Assembly (NCBI GenBank): GCA_943788175.1
Contig: CALSPG010000001.1
Coordinates: forward strand, 192,001 to 256,000
Length of the DNA: 64,000 nucleotides
Origin: an uncultured bacterium
GTDB taxonomy: Bacteria > Fidelibacterota > Marinisomatia > Marinisomatales > UBA1611
Reading direction: 5' to 3'
In this document: in pieces, positions 31,458 to 43,110 of the stretch
How positions within the stretch are numbered: position 1 is the first letter of the stretch
Layout: the number at the start of each line of letters is the position of its first letter
Translations under genes and position numbers: made by a program
The notes under the pieces: generated by a model
What the model was told of the DNA's origin: nothing
The model's database searches: none
Seen by the model: the letters and a program-made list of their open reading frames with translations, nothing else

Positions 31458-33170
31458 ATGAATATATTTTTTAAAAACTTTATAATATTATCTTTAGCTA
31501 TCTTATTGTGGAATTGTGAAAGCAAATTTTCTCAAAATGAATTACATCTTTCGCCTGAAAAGCCAGATGCTTTCCCTGAGCTTACAGAAAGGAATAGGCT
31601 CATAGGAGAATTATCACCTGAAAGAAGTTGTTATGATGTTATTCATTATTTAATAGATATTGATTTTGACATTGATAAAAAATATATAAAAGGTTTTGTT
31701 GAAATTCGTTCTGTTGCAAAGGATGATTTTTCTATTCTTCAGTTTGATTTAGCTAGAAAAATGATGCTAAATAAAGTTGAGTATCAAGATCAGATACTTA
31801 AGACTTCTAGAAAAAAGGATGCAGTATTTGTTGAATTTCCTAATATTAAAGATGGCGAGAACTTTACCTTCCGTATTTATTACGAAGGCAAACCATTAGA
31901 AGCTAAAAATCCACCTTGGGACGGTGGTTTTGTTTGGGAGAAGGATAAAAATGGTAGGCCTTTTGTTTCCGTTGCGTGTGAAGGTGATGGCGCAAGTCTT
32001 TGGTGGCCTTTAAAAGATCATATAGCTGATGAACCGGATGAAGGAGCAACAATGACTTTTACCGTTCCTAGCGAACTTTACTGCGTAAGCAATGGTCGTT
32101 TAATAGATATCTCTAGTAATGAAGATAAAACAAAAAAATCATTTACATGGGCTGTTAATAATCCAATAAATAATTATAATATTTCTGTTCAAATTGGTCA
32201 TTATGTGTCACTTCAAGATACGATTCGTCATAATGGATTAGTTGATACTCTAAATTATTATGTTTTGGATTATCATAGAGAAGTTGCAACAAATCACTTT
32301 AAACAATCAAAGAAAGTAATCCGATTTTTCGAGAAATATTTTAGTGAATTTCAATGGTGGGATGATGGTTATAAACTTGTTGAAGTTTCTTATCTTGGTA
32401 TGGAACATCAATCTGCCGTAACCTATGGAAACAATTGGAATAACTGGGGCGGAGAGCGAGCATGGACTAGTAAGTATTATGGCATTGTGGATGGCCTTTT
32501 GTTTCATGAGACTGCTCATGAATGGTGGGGTAATAGTGTCACTGCGATAGATCCTGCTCATATGTGGATTCATGAAGGAATGGCTGTTTATAGCGAGGCA
32601 ATGTTTATTGAGGACCAGCTTGGCTATAATGTTATGATTGACTTTTTATTAGATAAACGTGAAGGTATACGTAATAGACGTCCAATCGTAGGGCCATCGC
32701 ATCAAAATTACTGGGCGTTTGGTGATAGCTATAATAAAGGCGCTTGGGTTCTGCATACGCTTCGTAATATTATAAACAATGATGATCAATGGTTTTCAAT
32801 ATTAAAAGAATTTTCAATTGAGAATGCAAAAAGCCACGTTTCAACTCAAGACTTTTTAAATCATATAATTAAAGTTACAAAAAAAGATTTTCAATCAATA
32901 TTTAATCAATACTTTTATGACCATAGACCGCCAACCTTTGAATATTATCAATTGGGTAACAAATATTATTACCGATGGTCGAATGTTATCTCAGGTTTTA
33001 CAATGCCTTTAGACATAGATGTTAATGGTTCTGAAATGAGGTTGTTTCCTACAGAATTATTGCAATCAATAGATATAGCAAAGCATTCAGTTATATATGC
33101 TAGAGATTGGGAATCTTATGTAGTCCTTAAAGAGGACTCTAGTATTATTAAAAAACTTAATGGAGAATAG
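31458..33170 (+). CDS. M1 family aminopeptidase
   Basis: GMEHQ, HETAHEWWGN...E, YNKG. Confidence 0.9.
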   Translation: MNIFFKNFIILSLAILLWNCESKFSQNELHLSPEKPDAFPELTERNRLIGELSPERSCYDVIHYLIDIDFDIDKKYIKGFVEIRSVAKDDFSILQFDLARKMMLNKVEYQDQILKTSRKKDAVFVEFPNIKDGENFTFRIYYEGKPLEAKNPPWDGGFVWEKDKNGRPFVSVACEGDGASLWWPLKDHIADEPDEGATMTFTVPSELYCVSNGRLIDISSNEDKTKKSFTWAVNNPINNYNISVQIGHYVSLQDTIRHNGLVDTLNYYVLDYHREVATNHFKQSKKVIRFFEKYFSEFQWWDDGYKLVEVSYLGMEHQSAVTYGNNWNNWGGERAWTSKYYGIVDGLLFHETAHEWWGNSVTAIDPAHMWIHEGMAVYSEAMFIEDQLGYNVMIDFLLDKREGIRNRRPIVGPSHQNYWAFGDSYNKGAWVLHTLRNIINNDDQWFSILKEFSIENAKSHVSTQDFLNHIIKVTKKDFQSIFNQYFYDHRPPTFEYYQLGNKYYYRWSNVISGFTMPLDIDVNGSEMRLFPTELLQSIDIAKHSVIYARDWESYVVLKEDSSIIKKLNGE

Positions 33171-33278
33171 TTGATTACAATGGCATTATCAGATCTGTAT
33201 GTTATTTTTATTGTATCAATTGTTTTAGCGATAAAAGTAAGTATATTTTATTTAGTTAAATCAAAAAACGATAAATAG
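33171..33278 (+). CDS. Putative 35-aa single-TM small protein
   Basis: TTG directly after the M1 stop, GGAG upstream; MITMALSDLYVIFIVSIVLAIKVSIFYLVKSKNDK. Confidence 0.5.
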   Translation: MITMALSDLYVIFIVSIVLAIKVSIFYLVKSKNDK

Positions 33279-33282
33279 TAAC

Positions 33283-34155
33283 TCACTTAGTGGCTCTGAT
33301 GACAACATAACCAAATGGGCTTTGTTCTTTTTTATTTGCAGAATACTGGAGACATTTACAAAGCATATCTAAAAATAATTTAGGATATAAATTAAGTAAA
33401 TGTTTCTCATTAGCTCGAATCAAGTCTATCCATTTAGGAAGCACGGAAGATACATTAATAGTTATGTCTTCACATGTAATATCTCTAAATCCAGTTCTAT
33501 TCAAAGTTTTCCCCCACTTTTTAATAGTATAAAACTCTTTTGTTGCTAAACCGTGTTTTGCTATTGATACTTTATAAAAATCGAAAAAGCTTAATAATTC
33601 CGGTTTGATAATGATATCAGCAATAGCTATTTGACCATTGCTTTCTAAAGCATCGTAAGCACTCGATGCAAATAGTTGTTTATTTTCAAAATGAAATGCG
33701 GATTCGATAGCATAAATGTTTTTAAATTTTCTATCTAAACTTGAAATATTTTGTGCATCACAAAGGGAAAAACTTGCCTTATTATTAAGGTTTTTTGTTT
33801 TTGCAAGATTTCTTGCTTTAATAATTTGCGACTCAACAATATTTATTCCAGTAATAGAAATATTATTATTTAATTTTGCTAGGTAGCAAGCAGGAGCACC
33901 AGTTCCACATCCCACATCAAGCCAATGACCACTTTTTATAAACGTTTTTGTTACAATGTCGACCATGTTTTCCTGTGTTTTAACTACAGAATCAGGTAAA
34001 GAGTTTGTTGTGAAATGATAGCCTAAGTTCAAGAACATATTGTTATCACTCATTGCATGAAAAAGAGGCTCAAGAAGGTGGTAGTACGTTTTAATTTTTT
34101 TGTTTGAGCTTGCTCTAAAAACAAAATTGTAAAGTAGGTCTTTTTTAGTAATCAT
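33283..34155 (-). CDS. SAM-dependent methyltransferase (sterol/tocopherol-MT-like)
   Basis: FLNLGY, LDVGCGTG, AIESAFHF. Confidence 0.82.
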   Translation of the reverse strand: MITKKDLLYNFVFRASSNKKIKTYYHLLEPLFHAMSDNNMFLNLGYHFTTNSLPDSVVKTQENMVDIVTKTFIKSGHWLDVGCGTGAPACYLAKLNNNISITGINIVESQIIKARNLAKTKNLNNKASFSLCDAQNISSLDRKFKNIYAIESAFHFENKQLFASSAYDALESNGQIAIADIIIKPELLSFFDFYKVSIAKHGLATKEFYTIKKWGKTLNRTGFRDITCEDITINVSSVLPKWIDLIRANEKHLLNLYPKLFLDMLCKCLQYSANKKEQSPFGYVVIRATK

Positions 34156-34186
34156 ATCTTTAAAATACTTGATAAATAGTTAGTGT

Positions 34187-35050
34187 TCATAATATAAAAG
34201 CTGCAGATAAAAACACTGTAAAGAGAATGCCTATATAACCTGCGAAATATAATTTTCTCTCAAAACAAGGCCTAGCTGCTATAACAGGTAGACAAATAAA
34301 CAATAGTCCTGGTGCAAAAGTCACATAAAATGGATGTGATTCTGATATCATATGTTTTGAAGATAATAATTTGAAAAATACTAAAATAATGGTTGTGTTA
34401 AAAAACCATCCTATAAAATTTTGAATTGGTACACCATAATAATTCCCAGGCTTATCCCATCTCCACCTACCTTCACTGACAGCTATTGGATCTAATATTA
34501 AATCTAAAATTGTAATAAATATAGATGTCATAATTATAACTTCTAATGAAATGATGCTATTAAATCCCATGTCGAGTATTAGAAAAGAGCAATTTAATGA
34601 CATATATATTAGGCCTGACCATGCAATGGCTATAAGCAAAGGTACATTGCCAAGCATAGGTCCAGGGCACAGAGATGGTTCGTAGGAGTATTTACCAAAA
34701 ACATAGCCTTTGTTTGCACCGATTATTTCTAAAAAAAGGCTGGTAGTAAAGCTGATTATGAAAAAGATAACAGTGTTTAAAACACCAAAAAATAATACAC
34801 TATGAAAAACAAAAAAACTGAAGCCTAGAATGACTTGAATCATCCTTATATTTTCTGCTTTTTTATAATTGGATTCGCTTTCGAGCTTGTCCCCAAAGTA
34901 AAGTAAAGATTTTATACCAACACTGTAAATTCTGTAAAGGAACAATATGGATAAGCATAGAGCAAAAAAAAATATTGTGAAATAATTGACCAATTGAATA
35001 TTATGACTTTTTATAGTTAGTACTTGATTAATGAAAGTAATGATTATCAA
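34187..35050 (-). CDS. CruF/DUF422-like carotenoid hydratase family membrane protein
   Basis: EIIG..G.VFGKY.Y, DLILDP, YYGVPIQNFIGWF. Confidence 0.8.
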   Translation of the reverse strand: MIIITFINQVLTIKSHNIQLVNYFTIFFFALCLSILFLYRIYSVGIKSLLYFGDKLESESNYKKAENIRMIQVILGFSFFVFHSVLFFGVLNTVIFFIISFTTSLFLEIIGANKGYVFGKYSYEPSLCPGPMLGNVPLLIAIAWSGLIYMSLNCSFLILDMGFNSIISLEVIIMTSIFITILDLILDPIAVSEGRWRWDKPGNYYGVPIQNFIGWFFNTTIILVFFKLLSSKHMISESHPFYVTFAPGLLFICLPVIAARPCFERKLYFAGYIGILFTVFLSAAFIL

Positions 35051-35194
35051 AATTTATTTATAATATTTATTTATCTTTTGATAAATTATTCGATTATTTA
35101 TTCAGGGAAATAATATAGATTCTTGATATCAAGGCAGTTAAAAATATAATGTATTTAGCTGCGTTTTTCATTCTTACTCAAAAAGGAAAAAGCT

Positions 35195-35593
35195 CTGAAA
35201 AATTCAGCAATTAGTAAAATTTTATCTATGAAAATAATAGCTGTTGTTGGTATGAGCCCAAACCCTGAAAGACCAAGTCATTTTGTTTCAAAATATATGA
35301 TCAATAATGGTTTTAAAATAATTCCAGTAAACCCTGGGCAAAAAGAAATTTTAGGCCTTAGATGCTACCCGGCATTAAAAGATATAAAATACGAAGTTGA
35401 TATTGTAAACGTTTTTAGAAATTCAGATTATGCTACGCCTATCATTCAAGAAGCTATTTCTATCAAAGCGAAAGCGATTTGGCTCCAAGATGGCATTGTT
35501 TCAAGTGAAGGTAAGCAGATGGCTAAAGATAATAACATAACTTATATTGAAAATGATTGCATTTTAAGAAGACATAAGAGATTGTATGAATAA
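35195..35593 (+). CDS. CoA-binding protein (YccU-like); start CTG 35195 or ATG 35228
   Basis: IAVVGMS, IPVNP, VNVFR, WLQDG. Confidence 0.85.
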   Translation: MKNSAISKILSMKIIAVVGMSPNPERPSHFVSKYMINNGFKIIPVNPGQKEILGLRCYPALKDIKYEVDIVNVFRNSDYATPIIQEAISIKAKAIWLQDGIVSSEGKQMAKDNNITYIENDCILRRHKRLYE

Positions 35594-36335
35594 TATTTTT
35601 TTAAAGGTTCTAGTTATAGTTTTTTGTTTAGCATGTTTTCCTTTTGCTCAAAAAGGATCTAAGTTACCTGAAAGTGTATACTTGAACATATCTTTAGGGA
35701 TTTTGCAGCCACAAGGTGAGTTTGCAAGTAATGTTACTAATAATGGTTATGGTGTTGACTTTGATGGTGGCTGGTATATTTATAATGGCCCTGTTGGATT
35801 AGGCGTTAATATTATTGCAGCTCAATATGGTAATTTTACTCGCCAAATACCATATAGTTACTACTCTAGTTTGGTTACTTTAACCGAGACAACCGAATCA
35901 ACTATATTTATTGTTAATCCTTATGTTCAACCTACCTTACGAATGGGAGATTTTAGTTTTTACACTAAATTTTTTGCAGGTTATCAAGTTCTTGAAACAA
36001 AAACTAAGATACAGAATGATGCGCAAGAGAATAATGAGAATGAAGCTGATGAGCCTGATTATATAGCTCAATCTACGGTGGCGACTGATGGTGCTTTTAA
36101 TTACGGAGTTGGTCTTGGTATGAGATTTCCGATATTTAGAGGTGGTGAGAATGGACCGCTATTTATTTGTTTAGAAATGAAATGGTCAAAAGGAGGCGAG
36201 GCTGAATATCTAAATGCAGGTAAGGATGGAGCTATTGTATTTAGTGACGCTGCTGATGGACCGGTTACAACGACATTTAATCCTGACAAGTCAATGACGG
36301 ACCTTTTTAATATTTCAATAGGTATTGGGTTCTAA
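35586..36335 (+). CDS. Outer-membrane beta-barrel protein
   Basis: Signal peptide, alternating beta-strand pattern, C-terminal IGF. Confidence 0.65.
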   Translation: MNNIFLKVLVIVFCLACFPFAQKGSKLPESVYLNISLGILQPQGEFASNVTNNGYGVDFDGGWYIYNGPVGLGVNIIAAQYGNFTRQIPYSYYSSLVTLTETTESTIFIVNPYVQPTLRMGDFSFYTKFFAGYQVLETKTKIQNDAQENNENEADEPDYIAQSTVATDGAFNYGVGLGMRFPIFRGGENGPLFICLEMKWSKGGEAEYLNAGKDGAIVFSDAADGPVTTTFNPDKSMTDLFNISIGIGF

Positions 36336-36377
36336 TTTTTATAAAAACCCAAGATATAGTTTTTTGAATCAGATATT

Positions 36378-38742
36378 ATGTTAAAAGCAGTTATAATCAT
36401 TTTATTGATTGATGTTTCTTTTTGTCAAAGTAAATGGATTAAAACTTATGGTTCTGATGAGCTAGATGGAGCAAATCATGTGTTGCCATTAGAGGATGGT
36501 TTTCTTCTTACTGGTTTCACAAGTTCCTTTGGAAATGGTGGAAATGATCTTTGGGTTATAAGAACGGATAAAAACAGGGAAAAGGTTTGGGATAAATTCT
36601 ATGGTGGAATGCATTTAGAGACTGGCCACAAATCGATTAAAACCAAAGATGGTGGATTTATTATTTTAGGACAAACTTATTCTTATGGATCAGGCTCTGG
36701 AGATATTTGGGTTTTAAAAATTTCTGATAGTGGTACTATTCTTTGGGATAAGACGTACGGTAATGAAAACCTCGATATAGGCACCGATATATGTGTTTCT
36801 AATGATAGCGGATATATGATAGTGGGTACTACACATTCTAAGAAAACTAATAGCCTCGATGCATATGTGATAAAAATTGATTCAGTTGGAAATGTAATTT
36901 GGAATCAAGTCTATGGTGGATTATCAGCAGATGGTTTGAATTCTATTTCGAAATTAAATGATGAATATGGATATATGTTATTTGGTTACACTAAGTCCTA
37001 TATGCTTGACGAAAATAGAAAAAAGAAAAAAGGATTTTTTGGGCGAATATTATCTTCAGTTTTTAAAAAAGAAGCTTCTTCTGAATCATGGCTAATAAAT
37101 ATTGATGAATATGGAGATAGGAATTGGCACACTACCTATGGAGGAAAAAAAGAAGACATTGGAAAGCAAATTAACTCTTTTTCTGATGGCAGTTTCTTAC
37201 TCTTCAACGAGACTGAATCATTTGGTGCCGGTGGAAAAGACATTTGGTTAATAAAAATTGATAGGAATGGAAAAATAGTATGGGAGAACACCTTAGGAAG
37301 TAAAAAAGATGAGTATGCTGGATCAACAAAATTAATATCAGATAAAGAAATACTCATTAGCGGACAAAAGCCATTAAAAAATAAATTATCATTTAGATCT
37401 CTTTTTTCTTCAAAACCTAAAAAAAACAAGAATAAAAACGGTAATTTTATTTCCTTCATTACAAAACTGGACCAAGAGGGGAAAAATTATTTGGCAGAAA
37501 GATGATTTTGAAGATGAAAAAAATCGAGTTCCTTATATTTCAAATATCAAAAATAACATATTAATTGTTGGTCAAAAATCAACTAAGTATAATGGCAATG
37601 GTGATGCATGGGTAGCTTTATTGAAAGAAAATGGTGATAAAATATGGGAAAACAGTTTTGGTGGTAGAGGCGCTGATGGTGGTAATCATTCCATAGGTAC
37701 ATCTGATGGCGGATATATTTCTGTTGGATATACAAATGCTTATGGAAATGGTAAAAATGATGTTTGGATTATTAAAACAGATTTTACGGGAGAAAGAGAA
37801 TGGAGTCGCGTGTATGGTGGAAAGTTAGATGATTATGGTTGGGGTATAACAGAAAGTATTGATGGTGGCTATGTAATAGCAGGTGAAACCTTTTCATTCG
37901 GTAGAGGGCAAAGTGATATTTATCTATTAAAAATTGATTCAACTGGAAATATGGTATGGAATACAACATTTGGAGGCCTTGCAGAAGATGTCGCTTATGC
38001 GGTTGTTAATTCTGATGATGGTGGTTTTGTCGTTGCATCGCAAACAAAGTCATATGGTAAGGGCGGAAGCGATGGCATGATTGTTAAGTTCAATTCTGAT
38101 GGAATCAAGGAGTGGCATAGACTTTTTGGAGGAAAGGGATTAGACTATTTTAAGTCAATAACTATTGATTCTATAAAAGGATATGTTTTAGCAGGTGGAA
38201 CAAGGTCATTTGATAATGGGGATAGTCAAGGATGGTTATTATCTGTCAACCTAGACGGTTTTCCAAAGTGGGAAAAAACTTATGGTGATAAAGGCGAGGA
38301 TGCTTTTAATATGATAACTAGAACAAAGGATAACGGTTTTGTAGCGGTTGGATCTAGTGCATCATTTTTCAGTAAAGGAATGAAAGATGTTGTAATGATA
38401 AAACTTGATTCTTTAGGACAAAAATTATGGATGAACTTATATGGAGGTAAGAAAGACGATATAGCAACTGCTGTAAGTGAGTGCAAAGATGGAGGCTTTA
38501 TATTAACAGGTGAAACAACTAGCTATGGGAAAGGTAAAAGCGATATCTTTCTACTTAAAACGAACCAATTAGGAAGAGAAAAATGGAAAAAAACTGTTGG
38601 CGGTATTGGAGTAGACATTGGTAAATCTGTACAGGAATTATCTAAGGGCGGCTACATAATTTCGGGGACCTCGACTATATCAAATTTATCGTTTGATTCA
38701 ATTTTAATTAAAACGGATAAAAAAGGTAATGTCTCAAAATAA
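36378..38742 (+). CDS. Secreted beta-propeller-like repeat protein; split by an indel near 37480
   Basis: Many WxxxYGG...D...DGGY...G...DxWxxK repeats; deleting one G in GAGGGG joins both ORFs. Confidence 0.75.
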
Positions 38743-38838
38743 AAAATATAAAATAAATCATTTTAAATATTCATTTATCAAATCAATTATTACATTCTAC
38801 TCTATCATTAAACCAAAAAAGTATAAACAAATAAAAAT

Positions 38839-40749
38839 ATGAAAAATTATATCCTTATATTATTTTTACTGCTACTCTTTTCTTGCGGTGGAGATTCAAA
38901 AAAAGATTCTAATCTAAGCATTAGTAAAGAAACCATTTCCAACAAAGATTCTCAGACTAGTGCCGAAGATGGTGGTTATGGATTTGAAAAAATTTCAAAT
39001 AGTCTTGGATTTGGTACTTATGCGTGGAGTGAAAAAATTGATAAAACATTTTTTGGAGACCCGAAAGCTGTTAAAGGTGGAACTCTAAATTATATCCATT
39101 CATTGTTTCCAAGAACGATGAGAGTCCTTGGTCAAAATTCATCTCAAGTCCTTAACTCTAGAACTATTATGAGTTTATGTTATGAAGGTTTACTCGGTCA
39201 GCATCCTGCAACATTGGAGTTTACGCCTAGATTAGCCTCTCATTGGAAAATATCAAAAGACAAGACAACTTTTGAATTTAGAATAGACCCTGATGCAAGG
39301 TGGTGGGATGGAATGCCGGTAACTTCAGACGATGTAATCGCAACGTGGGATCTTAGGATGGATGAGACTATTCTTTCTCCGGCAGAACAAATAACATATG
39401 GAAAATTTGAGAGACCAATTGCCAAATCAAAATATATTGTTTCTGTAAAAGCGAAATCGGTTAATTGGAGAAATTTTTTATATTTTTCAACAATGGTTCT
39501 TCACCCAAATCATATATTAAAGAATCTCGACGGTACTGCTTTTTTAGAAGAGTATGCTTTCTCAGTTATTCCAGGAACAGGTCCCTACATTCTCAAGGAT
39601 AAAAATATTAAAAATCAAGAGTCCTATACTCTTGAAAGAAGAACTGATTATTGGAATGTGGACAGTCCATTTAATAAATATAAATATAACTTTGATAAGA
39701 TTAAAGTCTCCGTAGTTAAAGATAACGATGCGCTACAATTTGAAAAATTCAAAAAAGGAGAACAGGATATATATAATGTTCAGAGATCTAGGCGTTGGGT
39801 TGAAGAGACAGATTTTAAAGCCACAAAAAAAGGTTGGATTAAAAAGCAAAGAGTCTATTCTGAAAAACCTGCCGGCACTTCAGGCTATTATTTTAATATG
39901 CGCCAATGGCCATTTAATGATAAAAGAATAAGATATGCTTTTTGTTATTTGTATGATCGCCAAAAAATGAATAAAGAGATGTATTACAATGAATATGGTA
40001 TGATGAATTCACTTTATTCGGGATCTGTTTACGAAAACAAGGATAATAATCCCTTCGAGTATAATCCAGGAGAGGCAAAAAGACTTTTAAGAGAAGCTGG
40101 ATACATAAAAAGAAATTCTAACGGTTGGCTTGTTCATTCTGAAACAGGAAAAATATTATCTTTTGAGATTGTAATTCAAAAAACTAGTGCATACATGGTA
40201 ACTCCTGTTCAACAAATGCTTAAAGAATATGGAATAGATATGCAAATTAAGTTTATGGATTATAATACTATGATAAAAAACGTGAATGCCAGAAACTTTA
40301 ATGTTTGTCTCCTAGCATATTCTGGCCTTATTTATCCTAACCCAGAAGGGAGTTTAAGATCTACATTGGCCGACCAAAATGACAATAATAATGTTTGGGG
40401 TTTTAAGAGCGATAGAGTTGATAAGCTTTTAGATGAATATGATATATGCTTTGATCAAAAGAGGAGAGTAGAAATTATTAGAGAAGTTGACGGAATCTTC
40501 AGTGATGTTCATCCTATTGCATTTAGTATTTCAAGAAACTATTCAAGAATGATGTGGTGGGATAAGTTTGGCTATCCTGATTGGATGTTTTCACGGTATG
40601 TAGGTGAATATTGGGATGCTTTATACTACTGGTGGTACGAAGGCGATAAAGATACGGTATTGAAAGAATCTATAGAAAACGGAAAGTCATTACCGTTAAA
40701 ACCCATCGATATGAAATACTGGCCAGATTACTTAGCGAAAAATTCATAG
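38839..40749 (+). CDS. Peptide ABC transporter substrate-binding lipoprotein (family 5, YejA-like)
   Basis: LFSC lipobox, AVKGG, GTGPY; first gene of the ABC operon. Confidence 0.85.
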   Translation: MKNYILILFLLLLFSCGGDSKKDSNLSISKETISNKDSQTSAEDGGYGFEKISNSLGFGTYAWSEKIDKTFFGDPKAVKGGTLNYIHSLFPRTMRVLGQNSSQVLNSRTIMSLCYEGLLGQHPATLEFTPRLASHWKISKDKTTFEFRIDPDARWWDGMPVTSDDVIATWDLRMDETILSPAEQITYGKFERPIAKSKYIVSVKAKSVNWRNFLYFSTMVLHPNHILKNLDGTAFLEEYAFSVIPGTGPYILKDKNIKNQESYTLERRTDYWNVDSPFNKYKYNFDKIKVSVVKDNDALQFEKFKKGEQDIYNVQRSRRWVEETDFKATKKGWIKKQRVYSEKPAGTSGYYFNMRQWPFNDKRIRYAFCYLYDRQKMNKEMYYNEYGMMNSLYSGSVYENKDNNPFEYNPGEAKRLLREAGYIKRNSNGWLVHSETGKILSFEIVIQKTSAYMVTPVQQMLKEYGIDMQIKFMDYNTMIKNVNARNFNVCLLAYSGLIYPNPEGSLRSTLADQNDNNNVWGFKSDRVDKLLDEYDICFDQKRRVEIIREVDGIFSDVHPIAFSISRNYSRMMWWDKFGYPDWMFSRYVGEYWDALYYWWYEGDKDTVLKESIENGKSLPLKPIDMKYWPDYLAKNS

Positions 40750-40768
40750 GTTGATTATCGAATAGAAT

Positions 40769-42055
40769 ATGGTAAACTATTTTTTAAGAAGAATTCTTTT
40801 AATGATTCCTACATTCTTGGGTTCAACTATTTTAGTCTTTACCATCCTGCAAATGGCACCAGGTGGCCCAATAGAACAGATGATGTTAGAACTCCAAATG
40901 GGCGGTAGTGTTGTTGGTGAAGGAGGAGGAGGAGCATCCTCAAGCGCTATAGGCGGTGTATCATTACCTCCTAAAGCTTTGAAAGAGCTTGAGCGGTTCT
41001 ACGGATTCGACAAGCCAATTTATCAAAGATATCTAAGTTGGTTGGGTGTTTGGCCGAGAGAAATTAAGCATAGGGATTTTTCAATACCTAAAGATATAAG
41101 CTCTGTTGAAAAGAGAGTTGGTAAAGTGGATGGTGTTATTTGGAAAGTTGATGTATCTATTTCTAATGAAAATGATCTTATTGTTTATGAAAAAAGTGGT
41201 GAGAAAAGTAATAATTGGTTCTCGAAAGTTGAAAACATAAACGAAGATGGATCATTAGATGCTGTTGTTTTTCAGCAAGAATATTCTGGTATCTTAACAG
41301 GAAACCTTGGCAAATCTTATACTTATCTAAAGCCTGTTACTGAAGTTATGAAACCCCGTTTTAAGATATCTTTATTTTTTGGTTTAACAGGCATATTTCT
41401 TTCATATTTAATTTGTATACCTCTAGGAATCAAGAAAGCATTAAATCACGGCTCTGTATTTGACTTCGGTTCAAGTGTTTTAATTTTTATGGCTTATTCC
41501 ATTCCAGGTTGGGCATTGGGTGGTGTCCTATTAGTTTTGTTTGGAGGCGGTAGTTTCTTTGATGTTTTTCCTTTAGGTGGTTTTAGGAGCCCCTCTGAAG
41601 TCTGGGATACTTTATCGCCGATACAAAAAGTTTTTAATCAAGTACATCACATGATTTTACCAATTATTGCGTGGTCTATTGGTAGCTTTGCAACCTTAAC
41701 AGTTCTAATGAAAAATAGTCTTCTTGAAAATTTAAGTCAAGATTATGTTCGGACTGCTTTTGCAAAGGGTTTAAAAGAAAACCGTGTTATCTGGTACCAC
41801 GCTATGCGCAATAGCCTAATTCCTATTGCCTCTGGAATAGGACATCTTTTAGGTGTAGTTATTGCAGGATCTTATTTTATTGAACGTATGTTTAACATCG
41901 ATGGGTTTGGAAGAATGGCATATGAAGCTATCTTATCAAGGGACTATCCTGTCACATTAGGTTTCTTAGTCATAGTTGTTCTAATTAGACTTTTAGGAAA
42001 CATAATTTCTGATCTTGTACTAGCAATCGTTGACCCTAGGATACGTTTCAAGTAA
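40769..42055 (+). CDS. Peptide ABC permease (YejB/OppB-like)
   Basis: RRILLMIPT, DYVRTAFAKG, HAMRNSL, DPRIRF. Confidence 0.9.
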   Translation: MVNYFLRRILLMIPTFLGSTILVFTILQMAPGGPIEQMMLELQMGGSVVGEGGGGASSSAIGGVSLPPKALKELERFYGFDKPIYQRYLSWLGVWPREIKHRDFSIPKDISSVEKRVGKVDGVIWKVDVSISNENDLIVYEKSGEKSNNWFSKVENINEDGSLDAVVFQQEYSGILTGNLGKSYTYLKPVTEVMKPRFKISLFFGLTGIFLSYLICIPLGIKKALNHGSVFDFGSSVLIFMAYSIPGWALGGVLLVLFGGGSFFDVFPLGGFRSPSEVWDTLSPIQKVFNQVHHMILPIIAWSIGSFATLTVLMKNSLLENLSQDYVRTAFAKGLKENRVIWYHAMRNSLIPIASGIGHLLGVVIAGSYFIERMFNIDGFGRMAYEAILSRDYPVTLGFLVIVVLIRLLGNIISDLVLAIVDPRIRFK

Positions 42056-42060
42056 GGCTT

Positions 42061-43110
42061 GTGAGTAAAATGAAAAATACTTCCATTCTAAGTAGAAGGT
42101 GGCAAAAGTTTAAGACCTTAAAGCGTGGTTATTATGCTCTGGTAATTTTATTATCGTTATATATCCTTTCTTTCTTTTTGCCTCTATTAATTAATAATAA
42201 AGCATTAATCGTTAAATATAACGGGAACTATTATTTTCCTATTATTACGGGGTTTGTTAGTGGGGAGGTGTTCGGTCAAGACGTTCCTGGTGAAGCTAGG
42301 TATAGGAAACTAAAAAGTTCTTTTAAAGAGGATTTAAACAGCAGTAACTGGGTTTTATTACCACCCTATCCTTACTCACCTTATGAAGATATAACCTATG
42401 AGGGAAATAAGATGTATCAATCACCATCTTCTCTACATTGGTTAGGTACAGATAATACAGGGAGAGATGTTTTTGCTCGCCTTTGTTATGCCTTTAATAT
42501 ATCAATATCATTTGCGTTGATACTTACAATCATCAATTATATCGTTGGTATTTTAATTGGCGGAGCGATGGGGTATTATGGCGGCAAATTTGATTTAATT
42601 TTCCAAAGGTTAATCGAAGTTTGGTCTAGTTTACCAATGCTTTTTGTAATAATTATTATATCTTCAATTTTGAAACCATCATTTTTCCTTTTAATTGGTA
42701 TCTATACATTGGTCAATTGGATAAGTATGACTTATTTGATTAGGGCAGAATTTTACAGAGAGAAAGCTAAGCCATATGTTGCTGCTGCTTTAAGCATGGG
42801 ACAATCAAATTTTAAAATTATGTTTAAACATATTTTAGCTAACTCTCTTGTACCTATTATTACCTATTTCCCATTTTCAGTTGTTGCTGGAATATCAGCA
42901 CTTGTTGGCTTAGATTATTTAGGCTTTGGCTTAGCGCCTCCAACTCCATCCTGGGGTCAAATGCTAGATGTGGGTTTATCAAATATTTCAAAATGGTGGA
43001 TGGTATTTTCACCAGTTTCAGCTCAGTTTTTCACACTTTTAGCTATTGTTTTTATTGGCGAAGGCGTTCGAGAGGCTTTTGACCCAAAAGTATATTCAAG
43101 GTTAAGATGA
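42061..43110 (+). CDS. Peptide ABC permease (YejE/OppC-like)
   Basis: HWLGTD..GRDV, PTPSWG, GEGVREAFDP. Confidence 0.9.
   Translation: MSKMKNTSILSRRWQKFKTLKRGYYALVILLSLYILSFFLPLLINNKALIVKYNGNYYFPIITGFVSGEVFGQDVPGEARYRKLKSSFKEDLNSSNWVLLPPYPYSPYEDITYEGNKMYQSPSSLHWLGTDNTGRDVFARLCYAFNISISFALILTIINYIVGILIGGAMGYYGGKFDLIFQRLIEVWSSLPMLFVIIIISSILKPSFFLLIGIYTLVNWISMTYLIRAEFYREKAKPYVAAALSMGQSNFKIMFKHILANSLVPIITYFPFSVVAGISALVGLDYLGFGLAPPTPSWGQMLDVGLSNISKWWMVFSPVSAQFFTLLAIVFIGEGVREAFDPKVYSRLR

Noticed and set aside
36378-38742. Repeats as CRISPR or DGR-like elements
   Set aside because: Degenerate protein-level repeats; no identical DNA repeats, cas genes or reverse transcriptase
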